From the NCBI RefSeq assembly GCF_001194135.2, contig NC_068982.1, positions 57,927,978-57,962,142 on the forward strand: a stretch of 34,165 bases of DNA, written 5' to 3'. Made by a program: the position numbers and the translations under genes. This DNA comes from Octopus bimaculoides. Lineage: Eukaryota. Below are positions 11,401 through 21,678 of the stretch, piece after piece (position 1 is the first letter of the stretch; each line of letters opens with the position of its first letter). A model generated the notes under the pieces. It saw only the letters and a list, made by a program, of their open reading frames with translations, ran no database searches and had not been told where the DNA came from.

Positions 11401-12219
11401 ATCAACCGACATTGTGACATAACTCACACTCCAATTATATATGAATCCCTCATTATTTCACTTTGAAGAGAAGCCTAGCAATTCCATGAGTTCTCTCGGA
11501 ACCATTGTGTTCATTCACAGTCACCTAAATATTTCTCTGCTGACAGTGGTTGAATATCAGAAAACAAAAACCTTTGAATATTTGAATTAAACAAAGAAAT
11601 CAAACAGGATTAGCAATAAATAATAAATAAATAAATAAAAAAAAAATAAATAAATAAAAATTTCTAACAACATAAATAATAATGATAGAAAAATAATTTC
11701 TTCACCTAAAATATCTGAAAGGAAGGAAATGTGTATGAACGCTTGCAAATTTGTATGAATATAACTGTATAGGTGTATGTATGTATGTATGTATGTATGT
11801 ATGTATATATGTATCAATGTGTTTGTGTAAATATCATATATCTTAAAATCAGATGTACTATGTGGAATGTGTGCATGCATGCATGTGTGTGTGTGTGTGT
11901 GTGTGTTCATCCTAAGATGAAACTAAAAATGAAGGATGAAGGCAAAGAGAAAATGATAAGTGCAAAGGGCTTTTTGAGGAATGGAGTGAGAAATGCATCT
12001 GAAAAGAGGAAGAGAGTAAGATATAATAATAATAATAATAATAAAACTACTAATCCTTTCTACTGTAGGCACAAGGCTTGAAATTTTGGGTGCAGGGACT
12101 AGTTGGTTAGATCAACCCTAGTGTTTCACTGGTACTTAATTTATCGACCTCGAAAGGATGAAAGGCATAGTCAACCTTGGTGGAATTTGAACTCACAATG
12201 TAAAGATGGATGAAATGCT

Positions 12220-12453
12220 TATTTCTTTACTGCCCACAAGGGGGCTGAACATAGAGAGGACAAACAGGGACAGACAAACGGATTAAGTCGATTACATCGA
12301 CTCCAGTGCGTAACTGGTACTTATTTAATCGACCCCGAAAGGATGAAAGGCAAAGTCGACCTCGGTGGAATTTGAACTCAGAACGTAGTGGCAGACGAAA
12401 TATCGCTGAGCATTTCGCCCGGCGTGCTAACGTTTCTGCCAGCTCGCCGCCTT
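12220..12453 (-). mobile_element. Young, CpG-rich full-length SINE family D (different 3' tail subfamily)
   Basis: Minus strand GGCGGCGAGCTGGCAGAAACGTTAGC head, GAGTTCAAATTCC B-box and intact central domain; many CpGs retained. Confidence 0.92.
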
Positions 12454-12471
12454 TTTATTTAATTTTTCTTT

Positions 12472-12557
12472 GATGTTCACTGAGTCCTGCAATTCGCATC
12501 AGTTCACGCGGATAGCCGCGCTCTTCATCGACGGACGAGCCGAGTGATCCCCCGTCC
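12472..12557 (-). pseudogene. 5.8S rRNA 5' fragment (86 nt), retroposed
   Basis: Reverse complement GGACGGGGGATCACTCGGCTCGTCCGTCGATGAAGAGCGCGGCTATCCGCGTGAACTGATGCGAATTGCAGGACTCAGTGAACATC contains the conserved 5.8S motifs GGATCACTCGGCTCG, CGATGAAGA and GAATTGCAGGAC. No ITS, 18S or 28S context. Confidence 0.9.
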
Positions 12558-12622
12558 AGATGGATGAAATGCTGCTAAGTATTTTGCCTGGCATGCTAAT
12601 GATTCTGCCAGCTAACCACCTT

Positions 12623-12844
12623 AATAATAACCCTTTCTACCTAGGCACAAGGGCTGAAATTTGGGGGAGGGGACAAGTTCATTACATCGACTGCAGTGTT
12701 CAACTGGTACTTAATTTATAAATTCCGAAAGGATGAAAGGCAAAGTCCAACCTTGGTGGAATTTGAACTTAAAATGTAGCAATGAACGAAATACCGCTAA
12801 GCATTTCATCCAATATGTTAACAATTCTGCCAGTTCACCGCCTT
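12623..12844 (-). mobile_element. SINE family D (tandem copy)
   Basis: Same head, B-box and central domain; its (AAT)n tail abuts the head of the previous copy. Confidence 0.9.
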
Positions 12845-12845
12845 C

Positions 12846-13077
12846 TTAATAATAATAATAATCTTTTCTAGTCTAGGCACAAGGCCCCAAATTTTGGAGC
12901 AGGGGCCCAGTTGATTAGACCGTACCCCAGGACACAACTGGTACTTAATTTATTGACACTGAAAGGATGAAAGGCAAAGTCGACCTTGGTGGAATTTGAA
13001 CTCAGAATGCAAAAACAGATGAAGTACTGCTAAGCATTTCGCCCAGTGTGCTCACGTTTCTGCCAGCTCACCACCTT
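12846..13077 (-). mobile_element. SINE family D (tandem copy)
   Basis: Same head, B-box and central domain; flanked by (AAT)n on both sides. Confidence 0.9.
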
Positions 13078-13375
13078 AAAAATAATAATAATAATAATAA
13101 TTATAAGTGAAAAGGGATTAGTAAATCCAGGCAGAAATCTATACAGCTCTGTGTTAAATGATTTTGGTTAACTATATCTAACAATGAGCTACCAATTTTG
13201 GTTTGCCTTGATAACATTGTGTTAGCATGTATTTTCAGATATAATAATTTGATTGGTATTGTATACCTTTTCCTGTATCTAAATATGCTTGCACACTAGA
13301 AACAATCGTCGGTAATGCATGGTGTAATCATCAATTAATGATGTAATTTTCTCCAAACTTATTCTTATTTCATAT

Positions 13376-13658
13376 AGTGGTTAGTGGTAAGTGCGTTGCA
13401 CTTATGATTGCTAGATCGTGATTTCAATTCATAGACTAGGTGGTGCATTGTGTTCTCGAGCAAAACACTTCATCTCACATTGTTCTGTGATCACTTCAAC
13501 ACCTGACGTATGGTACACAGTGCATCTGTTCAGGCAATGTCGATTTGATGGAGAGAGTGAACTAATGTGTGACATGAACATTTCATGCCGCAATCATTTA
13601 TGCAGGTTGTTCAGCAAAAGCTGAATGCTCGTATGTCATCTTTGATGGGAGAGCCCAT
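13376..13658 (+). mobile_element. tRNA-derived SINE with CORE/V-like segment (family E)
   Basis: tRNA-like head, then TTGTGTTCTCGAGCAAAACACTTCATCTCACATTG; head and core are homologous to the minus copy at 26370-26688. Confidence 0.7.
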
Positions 13659-13994
13659 CACACACACACACACACACATGGACGGACGGACAGACAGATA
13701 GATAGACTGTGCAGATAGATTATCTCACATGATCAAATGGAAGAAAGCAGATGACGTGCAGATCAACAACTATTCCGTTATTTGTATTTTCATGATATGT
13801 CATGATTAGAATTATTTTTCCTAGTTAACAATACATTACAGGGAAAAAGAGGAGAAAGTATTTAAAAAGAAAATAGTTGTTTTTGTTTTTGTTGTTGTTA
13901 TGAAACTTTGCCAAGCATGATCTGGCAGAGTTAAGACACATAAGTAATTGATTAAAATCAATTAGGTGTAATCCATAGATATACTGTTAAAATT

Positions 13995-14265
13995 TGTCTC
14001 AAGCCTCCGTGCCCATTTGGCTGAAGCTTATCTCAGTTTCCAAGACATTTTACGTGACAAAGATCACAACACCCTTTCCCATGCCTGAATGGGATACCAA
14101 TCTATCGCAAGGCCAACAGCCAGCTTCTACAGTTACTCTTTTTGTTTTAGCAGAGTGAACTAAAGCAACATGAAAGGAAGTACCTTGAAGTAACACCTGG
14201 TCTGGAAATTGAATCTGCAATTTAACAATTGTGAGCCTAAAACCTGAACCAAGAGGCCATGTGTC
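13995..14265 (-). mobile_element. Old decayed tRNA-SINE
   Basis: Minus strand shows a tRNA-like head (TGGCCTCTTGGTTCAGG...GATTCAATTTCC) and a decayed core; GAATGGGATACCAATCTATCGCAAGG lies further inside. Confidence 0.45.
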
Positions 14266-14729
14266 ACTGTCTGATTGATGACAAAGTGTAGTTGTTTAGT
14301 TCAATGTCAATCCTCATTGAAGAAACCTATTATTTGGCACAGGCACTATTATGTGACACTGACATGGGAGCTATTATGGGGCAGCAGCATAGGTACCTTT
14401 TACATGGTGTCAGCACAGTGTTGTTTGTATTACTGATATGCTACATGCAGAACTTTGTATACATTATAAAACATCTACTGTGATTTCACTGGTTCATTGT
14501 TGATGCTATAAACCCAGTAAATGTGTCTTGCTGTTAGCAATTTCTGCTTCAAAAAATATCCACTTTGGCTGTTATAAAGGCAGTGGCCAATTGATGCAAT
14601 AACTAGAAGAAATTACGCATATATATGCAAGCATATGTATGTATGTATGTATGTATGTATGGATGTGTATGCATACATATATATATACACACACACACAC
14701 ACACACTGATGCACCCATCCATTCATCTA

Positions 14730-14905
14730 TCTAACAACTGGTGCTGGTGTGTTTACATTCCCATAATTTAGCAGTTCAGTAAAAGAGCCTGACAGAACAA
14801 ATACCAGGCTTCTCAAAAATATAATAGGTACTGGGGTGAATAAATTTGACTGAAATTCTTCAAATTATTGCTGCAGTCTAATGACTGAAACAGATAAAAG
14901 ATAAA
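14730..14905 (+). mobile_element. SINE family B 3' half
   Basis: CAACTGGTGCTGGTGTGTTTACATTCCC...GCAGTCTAATGACTGAAAC; reverse homologue of 26136-26331. Confidence 0.75.
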
Positions 14906-14926
14906 TGTTATTTGTGTGTATAAAAG

Positions 14927-14980
14927 ACATACATTTATGTGGTCATGCACAAAGGATGATGTACAAGGAGTGAGAATATA
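14927..14980 (+). repeat. 54-bp direct repeat of 15906-15959
   Basis: 53/54 identical (ACATACATTTATGTGGTCRTGCACAAAGGATGATGTACAAGGAGTGAGAATATA). Confidence 0.95.
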
Positions 14981-15232
14981 AGGCCTCCAATAGTTTCATG
15001 TAGAGAGCAACCTCTCAGCTGTCAACAAGATGAGTACCAATGTACCTATGTGATAGGCTTGGTAATTGTTGGAAGATTACTCACTGCATGAAACCATTGG
15101 TAGCCTTATTAACCCACAAATAAGAATATTGACCCACCAACGTCAAATGTGGCATACTTGAATAACTGTTGAGTGATATGTCTCTCTTTCAACATGAAAC
15201 CAATGGTAGCCTGGTTAAAGCACAAATAAAGT

Positions 15233-15236
<4 letters not shown>

Positions 15237-15324
<88 letters not shown>
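15237..15324. repeat. (GT)n(AT)n compound microsatellite
   Basis: Directly visible in the sequence. Confidence 0.95.
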
Positions 15325-15327
<3 letters not shown>

Positions 15328-15374
15328 AGTGAGTAGACAAATGAAAGAAGGGCACCAAACACATTTATTTAGAG

Positions 15375-17070
15375 TTACATGTACAGATCACAACAGCTTG
15401 ATTCAGATTTCTTGGTACTCCGAGTTTCAAGCATGTGGCTAGTCTTCGGCCATTAGAGTCTGAATGAGAGATTGATTGAAGAGAGTCAAGGTTTATTACA
15501 GGACATTAGCCTGCGATTGGTTGAGAAAGGTCACATGGTATTAATGTTTGTATTTCAGTATTTCAGTGACAAGAGTTAGATGGAAAATACCACATGGTGG
15601 ACAAGATATTGGTCATGTAGTTGCGAGAAGTAGGAAGGAGCAGTTGATGTGGGTGTAGACGTGGGTGTATATGTGTACATATATATGCCCATATATCTGC
15701 GTGTATGCATACATGTGTGTATGTATGTTTAGATGCACATACACACACATGTGCATTTTTATCTCCATGTACATATGCATACGAGTGCATGCACACACAA
15801 GTGTGCACATATACACACATGGGTGCACATGCATGCATGCACATGTACACACCCGCACATCCGTGTGCATGCATACAGTGAGCAAATACATATGTGCATG
15901 CAAGCACATACATTTATGTGGTCGTGCACAAAGGATGATGTACAAGGAGTGAGAATATACGGAGAGACAGGTATGGGGAAGTGTTGGGGATTGGTGATTT
16001 GCGGTATTGTTCATGGGGTTCATTTCTAATGATCACCTTGGTGCAGACGGTGCAGGCTTGTACTAAGGAGGTATATCCGGGTTGTCAGTGGCCAATGGCT
16101 TGAAATTTGCCAGAAGGATGTACCCCTGATGACAGCAATACAATACTTCATATTTTTTGTTGATGGATACTGTGGGTTGGTAGATGAAATGCAGTTTTTC
16201 ATGGAGTCACAACTGGTAATTAGGGGTGTTGGGTGAAAATGGTGGCACCCTGTTGATAATAGTCCACTTGATGCTGGGTGTTTCATCTCAGAGGTCACAA
16301 CGTCTTCTGAGAAAGCACGACAGGGAAGTTGAGTTCTCTTGCTCCCTGGAGCTAAATGAATGCAAATGCTGGGAGTATCTTCACTTGAAGGCATTAGCTG
16401 TCATACCTGTGTAGTGCTTAGTAATACCATCGGATGGTGTAAATTTGTGCATATGTGCGTGTGCATATGTATATGGAAATAAAGGTGTGCATGTGTTTAC
16501 ATGTGCGCATGCATGTGTGCCTTCGTGTATGTGTGTGCATCTGTGTATACATATGTGCATGCCTTTGTGTATGTGTGTGTGCCTTTGCATATGTGCATGC
16601 GTATGTGTATATGTGTGCACATGTGTGTGCCTTTGCATGTGTGCATGTCTGTGTGTGTGTGCAGATGTAGGAATGTACATCTAAGCATATATACACACTC
16701 GTATAAGTACTGATGCATACACACAGATATATGGGCATATACATGTACATATATACATATATACTCCCACATCTGCTGCCCATTCCTACTTCCCTGCCAA
16801 CCACACGACTGATATTTTATCCACCACGTGGTCGATTTCCTGTTCACCGCATGGTATTTTCCATCTAACTGCTGTCGCTAAAATACTAAAAATACTGACA
16901 TTAATATCACATGACCTTTCTTGACCAATAGTAGGTTAACATCCAGTAATAAACATTGACTCTCTTCAATCAATCTCTCATTCATACTTCAATGACCAAA
17001 GACGAGTCACACACTTGAAACTCAGGGTTCCAAGGATTCTGAACCAAACTGTTTTGATCTATATATTGCT
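15375..17070 (-). mobile_element. Penelope-like element relic: 5'-truncated body plus inverted pseudo-LTR
   Basis: GIY-YIG C-terminus at 16063-16395 (-); its downstream region 15378-15795 recurs inverted at ~16445-17070, clearly alignable but diverged; hammerhead-like motif in both arms. Confidence 0.75.
16063..16395 (-). pseudogene. Penelope-like GIY-YIG endonuclease C-terminal fragment with three internal stops
   Basis: NAFK*RYSQHLHSFSSREQENSTSLSCFLRRRCDL*DETPSIKWTIINRVPPFSPNTPNYQL*LHEKLHFIYQPTVSINKKYEVLYCCHQGYILLANFKPLATDNPDIPP* follows the PLE pattern FKxRYxxHxxSF..NSTxLS..IxWxI..CxLCLxEK..NKxxE..CRH..LLxNF. Confidence 0.8.
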
Positions 17071-18796
17071 GCACAAAACAGTACTGTTGGCAGGTTCCAA
17101 AATCGTTGTGATCCCCTGTCGACAGCTGAAGAAGACAATGTCTCACAATACAAGCTATATATAGAACATACGCAAGCAGAGGTGCACATATACATATATG
17201 CACATTGATGCATGCCCCCATATACATAAATTCATATTAACACACATGCACACATATCAATTTACAAACACATCAATACATACCCTCATTTATATGCTTA
17301 TATATAGTATGTATCTCTCTCTCTATATATATACATACACACACTTATACATACATATATGCTCCAACAAATGCATACTGACATGTTTAAGAAGTGCCAT
17401 CTATTTATATTTCATCCAAACTAATGAAACATTCATTAATGAACATATTTATAGCTGGTATCATCATCTGAATAATAATAAAAACAACAACAATTGCTTT
17501 TGTTTCTAATTCCTTTGTTTCTTCTTGTCATTGCCTATTATGAACATTAAGGAAGTGGGTGTTGTCTTATAATGTTTCTCCTGATGATACACACTGCAAT
17601 GTGAAAGAAGCTATCATATATTAAAGATAGCTAACTGTCGAAAGTAATTAGCATTACTTAATATCTATGAGCCATTCACAGCAGTCAGTAACTTGCGGGG
17701 AACTAACGGGCCCACAACAAACAATATTCAGTTAGTTTTTGCTAAAGATTACAAGCTTAGAGCAGAAATGTATCACATTTCCCAAATGAAAAATCAGAGT
17801 TAAATTACAAGCAATGCTGAGAAGGTTTTTATGCAGTTGCCTTAAGGCATAAGGTTTACACTTAAATAATTTTCCTACTTTTACATGTTCATTACTTAAA
17901 GACCATTATGAATGCTTTTCTGACTTTGACAATATCAGTAATTTCATTTCGAGCCGTACTTCTCATTACATTGTCGAAGTGTGTGTCGATATATTTTTCC
18001 TGGCGTTGCCTCCTCATCTTCAATATAAGAATTCACTGAGAAAAAGAGGATCTTGATGAGACAAATATAGAGAATGTTGTTTCGGTCACTGAGTCATAGT
18101 GCCTCAGGGCAGAATTTGTCACAACCAATGAATGTTTTGTAAAGTTGGATATGGCAGCGTGCTGACATTTTACTAGCTTTCACACTCGTTGCCATGTCAA
18201 CGGTGCCTAAAATGACAAAATGCCTACAGATAAAAGGCTTTTTATGGCTCACTCTTTCCAACAACCAAATAGCATTCACACAAGGTGGTGGGTGGGAGGA
18301 AGATTGTTAGGGCAGGTTAATACTTTTAGGGCGATCACTTTCCTTTATATTTAGGCATGCAATACTCTAAATATGCCTAATATATTTCAATAAGATAAAA
18401 CATTATTAGCAGGCCCTAACCTATTTTTATCCAATTACCTCAGCCTTACAAGCAACAAGCATTAAGCAAATAATTTAAACAAAGGCTTCAATAAATAATT
18501 TACAGAAACCACTTGTTAATATCGTTAAATTTCTGAACAATTTACCTAAATATAGATATTTACATAACCAGGGAAGCAAAATAGGAAAATTATCATAAAA
18601 TATTTTACTCCCATCCAAATAGAATTTAAAATTCCTTGTGATCAATTACTCAACTGAAAACTGGTTTAGCCAATTCTTTCTTCAATATAATGCAGCCTGA
18701 ACCTAAATTAGTTGAAAACAATTAGCTTTGAATTTGATATATATTTTATAACTAATCACTTGTCACTGACCTATTGGCAGGAAAATTTAAATTGAC

Positions 18797-18827
<31 letters not shown>

Positions 18828-19306
18828 NNNNNNNNNNTATGTATGCATGTATAAGAATTAAGATAGAAACTCAAATTAGGCAATCATACTCATACATTTA
18901 TAAATTCGACTTAAAATGCATATACATATATTAATAAATATTAACATATGAATATTAAAAAAAAAATAAAATATATATAAATATACATAAAATACATGTA
19001 AATAAAACCCATGTGGGATATGTATGGAAGGAAGTGTGAGAGAAAGAGGACTGACAAAAAGAGGATTGATAAAAAGAGGACTGGAAAATATTTTTTTTGG
19101 TACTGAAACTAAGAGTGGTTAAGAGTTTCAATTAAAAAATCCATAGAGTTTGGTGTGTTTTTTAAAAAATATAAATGGTATATAAGGTATAAAATACAGT
19201 TCGAGGAGGTTCATTTTCAACAGCCATTTCTAGAGCTCATATCCTGGTAGAAAAATTAATAAATCTTACAAATCATGTGGACAACGTCCCCTTCATCAGG
19301 AAAGGT

Positions 19307-19347
19307 ATCCTCATAAAATCACATTCTTGATGTGATTTTATGAGGAT
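19307..19347. repeat. Perfect 18-bp inverted repeat with a 5-nt loop
   Basis: ATCCTCATAAAATCACAT-TCTTG-ATGTGATTTTATGAGGAT. Confidence 0.95.
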
Positions 19348-19679
19348 GGTTTGTAATAGTTATTAATTTTAGTCAAATTTATAAATGTATGAGTATGATT
19401 GCCTAATTTGAGTTTATATCTTAATTGTTATCTTTTATCTCGGGTTCGACCCGAGCACTTCTTTTTAGTAGTTCTATATATTTCGTAAGAAAGAACAATA
19501 ATATTCTATATATGTATATATATATATATTGTAGAAATAGTAATAGATGTGATAGTATAGTAGAAGTAGTAGTAGTGGTGGTGAATTTATATGGCTAGTA
19601 CAATCAAAAGGACAACACCCAAATTACTTAGTAAACAGAATATCTGTCTGCCTGTTGTCTGTCTATCTATCTATCTGTC

Positions 19680-19710
<31 letters not shown>

Positions 19711-19711
<1 letters not shown>

Positions 19712-20384
19712 AAGGCATGTGGCGTAGTGGTTAGGGTGCTCCACTCATGATCACTAGATTGTGGGTTCAGTTTTCTCTAGACATCAGGTAATGGTTATAA
19801 ATGAGCATCCCTAGCATACAAGACAAGTGAGGCTTTCCATTTCCACTCTTCTGTGAGAAACATGTCAAACTATGGGAAAATATCACCTTGCTTGGAAACT
19901 GGTGAGGGCTAGCAACCAGAAGGGTGTGGCTGGCTTCATGTTGTTGCTTGATGGGTCTGGGATCATTCCAAGTTAGTGGTCCCGGAGGCATCATTATGTG
20001 TAGAGCTGACCAGATCCTTCAGTGCTCTCAATCACTAACAGTCTTGCACCAGCCCATGTGCATCCTCCAAGGTGATGTCAAGCCTCTGGAGATCCTCCCC
20101 AATCGTGTCCAGCCATCGAGTGCGGGGTCTGTCATGAGGCCTCTTCCAACTTGGATGTTGCCTTGAATGAGAATGAAGCTCTAGCACAATGATCTAGCAG
20201 GAAATGAAAAACATGTCTGTACCAGCACATGTGATGGATAGCCATGAGATAGGAGGCTATGAGCTGATATGTGCATACACACAGTTCTTTGTATCGATCC
20301 GTAAAAAATATAAGCCTCAATAAATTCTGTCTGACATATGCAAGCATGGAAAAGTGGACATTAAATAATGATGATGATGATGAT
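19711..20384 (+). mobile_element. Composite: tRNA-headed SINE with family G-like 3' end and (GAT)n tail, interrupted by an antisense RTE fragment
   Basis: A-box TGGCGTAGTGG at 19720-19730, B-box-like GGTTCAGTTT, and tail GCATGGAAAAGTGGACATTAAATAATGATGATGATGATGAT. Confidence 0.6.
19996..20154 (-). mobile_element. RTE LINE C-terminal fragment
   Basis: PSWKRPHDRPRTRWLDTIGEDLQRLDITLEDAHGLVQDC**LRALKDLVSSTH matches the RTE WKRPRGRPxTRWxDxIxEDL motif. Confidence 0.8.
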
Positions 20385-20442
20385 TAAATCATTCTTTGCA
20401 GAAATTTAAAAAACAAATATTTGCCAACTCATCATCATAGTT

Positions 20443-20897
20443 TTAACCATTTAGCATTCAGATTACTCTGTCATACGTAATGCTTATTTTATTTGTTCAC
20501 TTTGTTTTGAATTAATCATACATTGTCTTGCTTGAAGTTTTGAGATTTCGATGAGGTGATTGTTTATTTCCAGAGTGACATCGTGGCTGTTGCCAGTACC
20601 GCCTGTCTGGCTTTCGTGCCGGTGGCACGTAAAAGCACCCACTACACTCTCGGAATGGTTGGTGTTAGGAAGGGCACTCAGCTGTAAAAACTCTGCCAAA
20701 TCAGATTGGAGCCTGGTGTAGCCATCTGGTTCGCCAGTCCTCAGTCAAATCGTCCAACCCATGCTAGCATGGAAAGCGGACGTTAAACGATGATGATGAT
20801 GATGATGATCATAGGGTATGCATGAGAGGCTGAAGCTGACCAGTTCGAATGTAAAACAAAATGACTATTTGGGATGGTTTAAATGCTAAAGGGTTAA
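20443..20897 (-). mobile_element. piggyBac-like MITE split by a SINE G insertion
   Basis: TTAACCATTTAGCATTCAGATTAC ... AAATGCTAAAGGGTTAA; both halves match the MITE at 3261-3488. Confidence 0.8.
20582..20809 (+). mobile_element. Young SINE family G 3' portion with (GAT)n tail
   Basis: GGTGTTAGGAAGGGCACTCAGCTGTAAAAAC...TCCAACCCATGCTAGCATGGAAAGCGGACGTTAAACGATGATGAT; CpG-rich. Confidence 0.85.
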
Positions 20898-21678
20898 TGT
20901 CTACTTTGCCATGCTAGCATGGGTAAGGCAGAATGTCTAGAATCTCTCTTAACATAGGTTTACTCAATCATTTTTGACCAAGGGTTGAACAACAACAACA
21001 ACAACTGTAGCAATAACAGCAGCAGCAACAACAACAAATATCTTATTTATCTTGTGTAGAAGAAAACAAACATGACAGTTATAATGCTTGAAATGTCTGA
21101 TATTTCATAATTTAGCTTCATGTAAATAAAAATTCAGCAAAAAAAAACAAAAACAGGTAATAATAAAATAATAAAAATAACATTTCTGACTTTCTTCATT
21201 GATTTAGGTATGTTAAAAAAAGAAAGAAAGAAAAAAAAAAAGCAGCAAAAGTTTAATTTTGGCAACTCTTAAACAGATTTCTGTTTCAGACACGAAGCCA
21301 TCGACTGATCTAATCAGATTTATCTATGTTCTTTACAGACAAATAGAGTTAAACAGTCGTTGTCACAATTCCACATTATTCCGCACTGACAGACAGGTTC
21401 CATTCTTATGTCACAGATGAGTTGGTTAGTGGTAGAAAGGGCATCCAGCTGTGAAAATCAATTGTTCCTATAATATGCAAATATCCAAATTTAAGAACAC
21501 AGCCCCCTTTCTCCACACCTCCTCGTGATGGCATGGAAAGATTAAAAAAAAAGGCAGTAAAAAACAGTGACAAAATAAAGAGGGAAAAATGAAATGATAT
21601 GCTAGTAAAAATTGTACTTGTGATTTTCTTTCTTGCACACTATATATATTATTATATTATCGTTTAAGTGTGAGTGTA

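Larger units (their letters stand above)
12051..12622 (-). mobile_element. SINE family D host copy, split by an insertion at 12220-12557
   Basis: 3' part at 12051-12219 and 5' part at 12558-12622; AGATGGATGAAATGCT is duplicated at 12204-12219 and 12558-12573. Confidence 0.9.

Noticed and set aside
12472-12557. Functional rDNA locus
   Set aside because: Only 86 nt of 5.8S is present, with no ITS, 18S or 28S, and it lies inside a TSD.
12051-13077. Regularly repeated block that might suggest a CRISPR-like or satellite array
   Set aside because: The units are ~220-bp diverged SINE copies also found dispersed elsewhere, in eukaryotic DNA with no cas genes.
17126-17143. CTGAAGA followed by hairpin AGAC-AAT-GTCT (hammerhead 5' half)
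   Set aside because: No GAAA or helix I/III follows. It may be a relic but cannot be supported.
17581-17616. CTGATGA...GAAA spacing resembling a hammerhead
   Set aside because: Helix I cannot form and helix II is only 3 weak pairs, consistent with chance.
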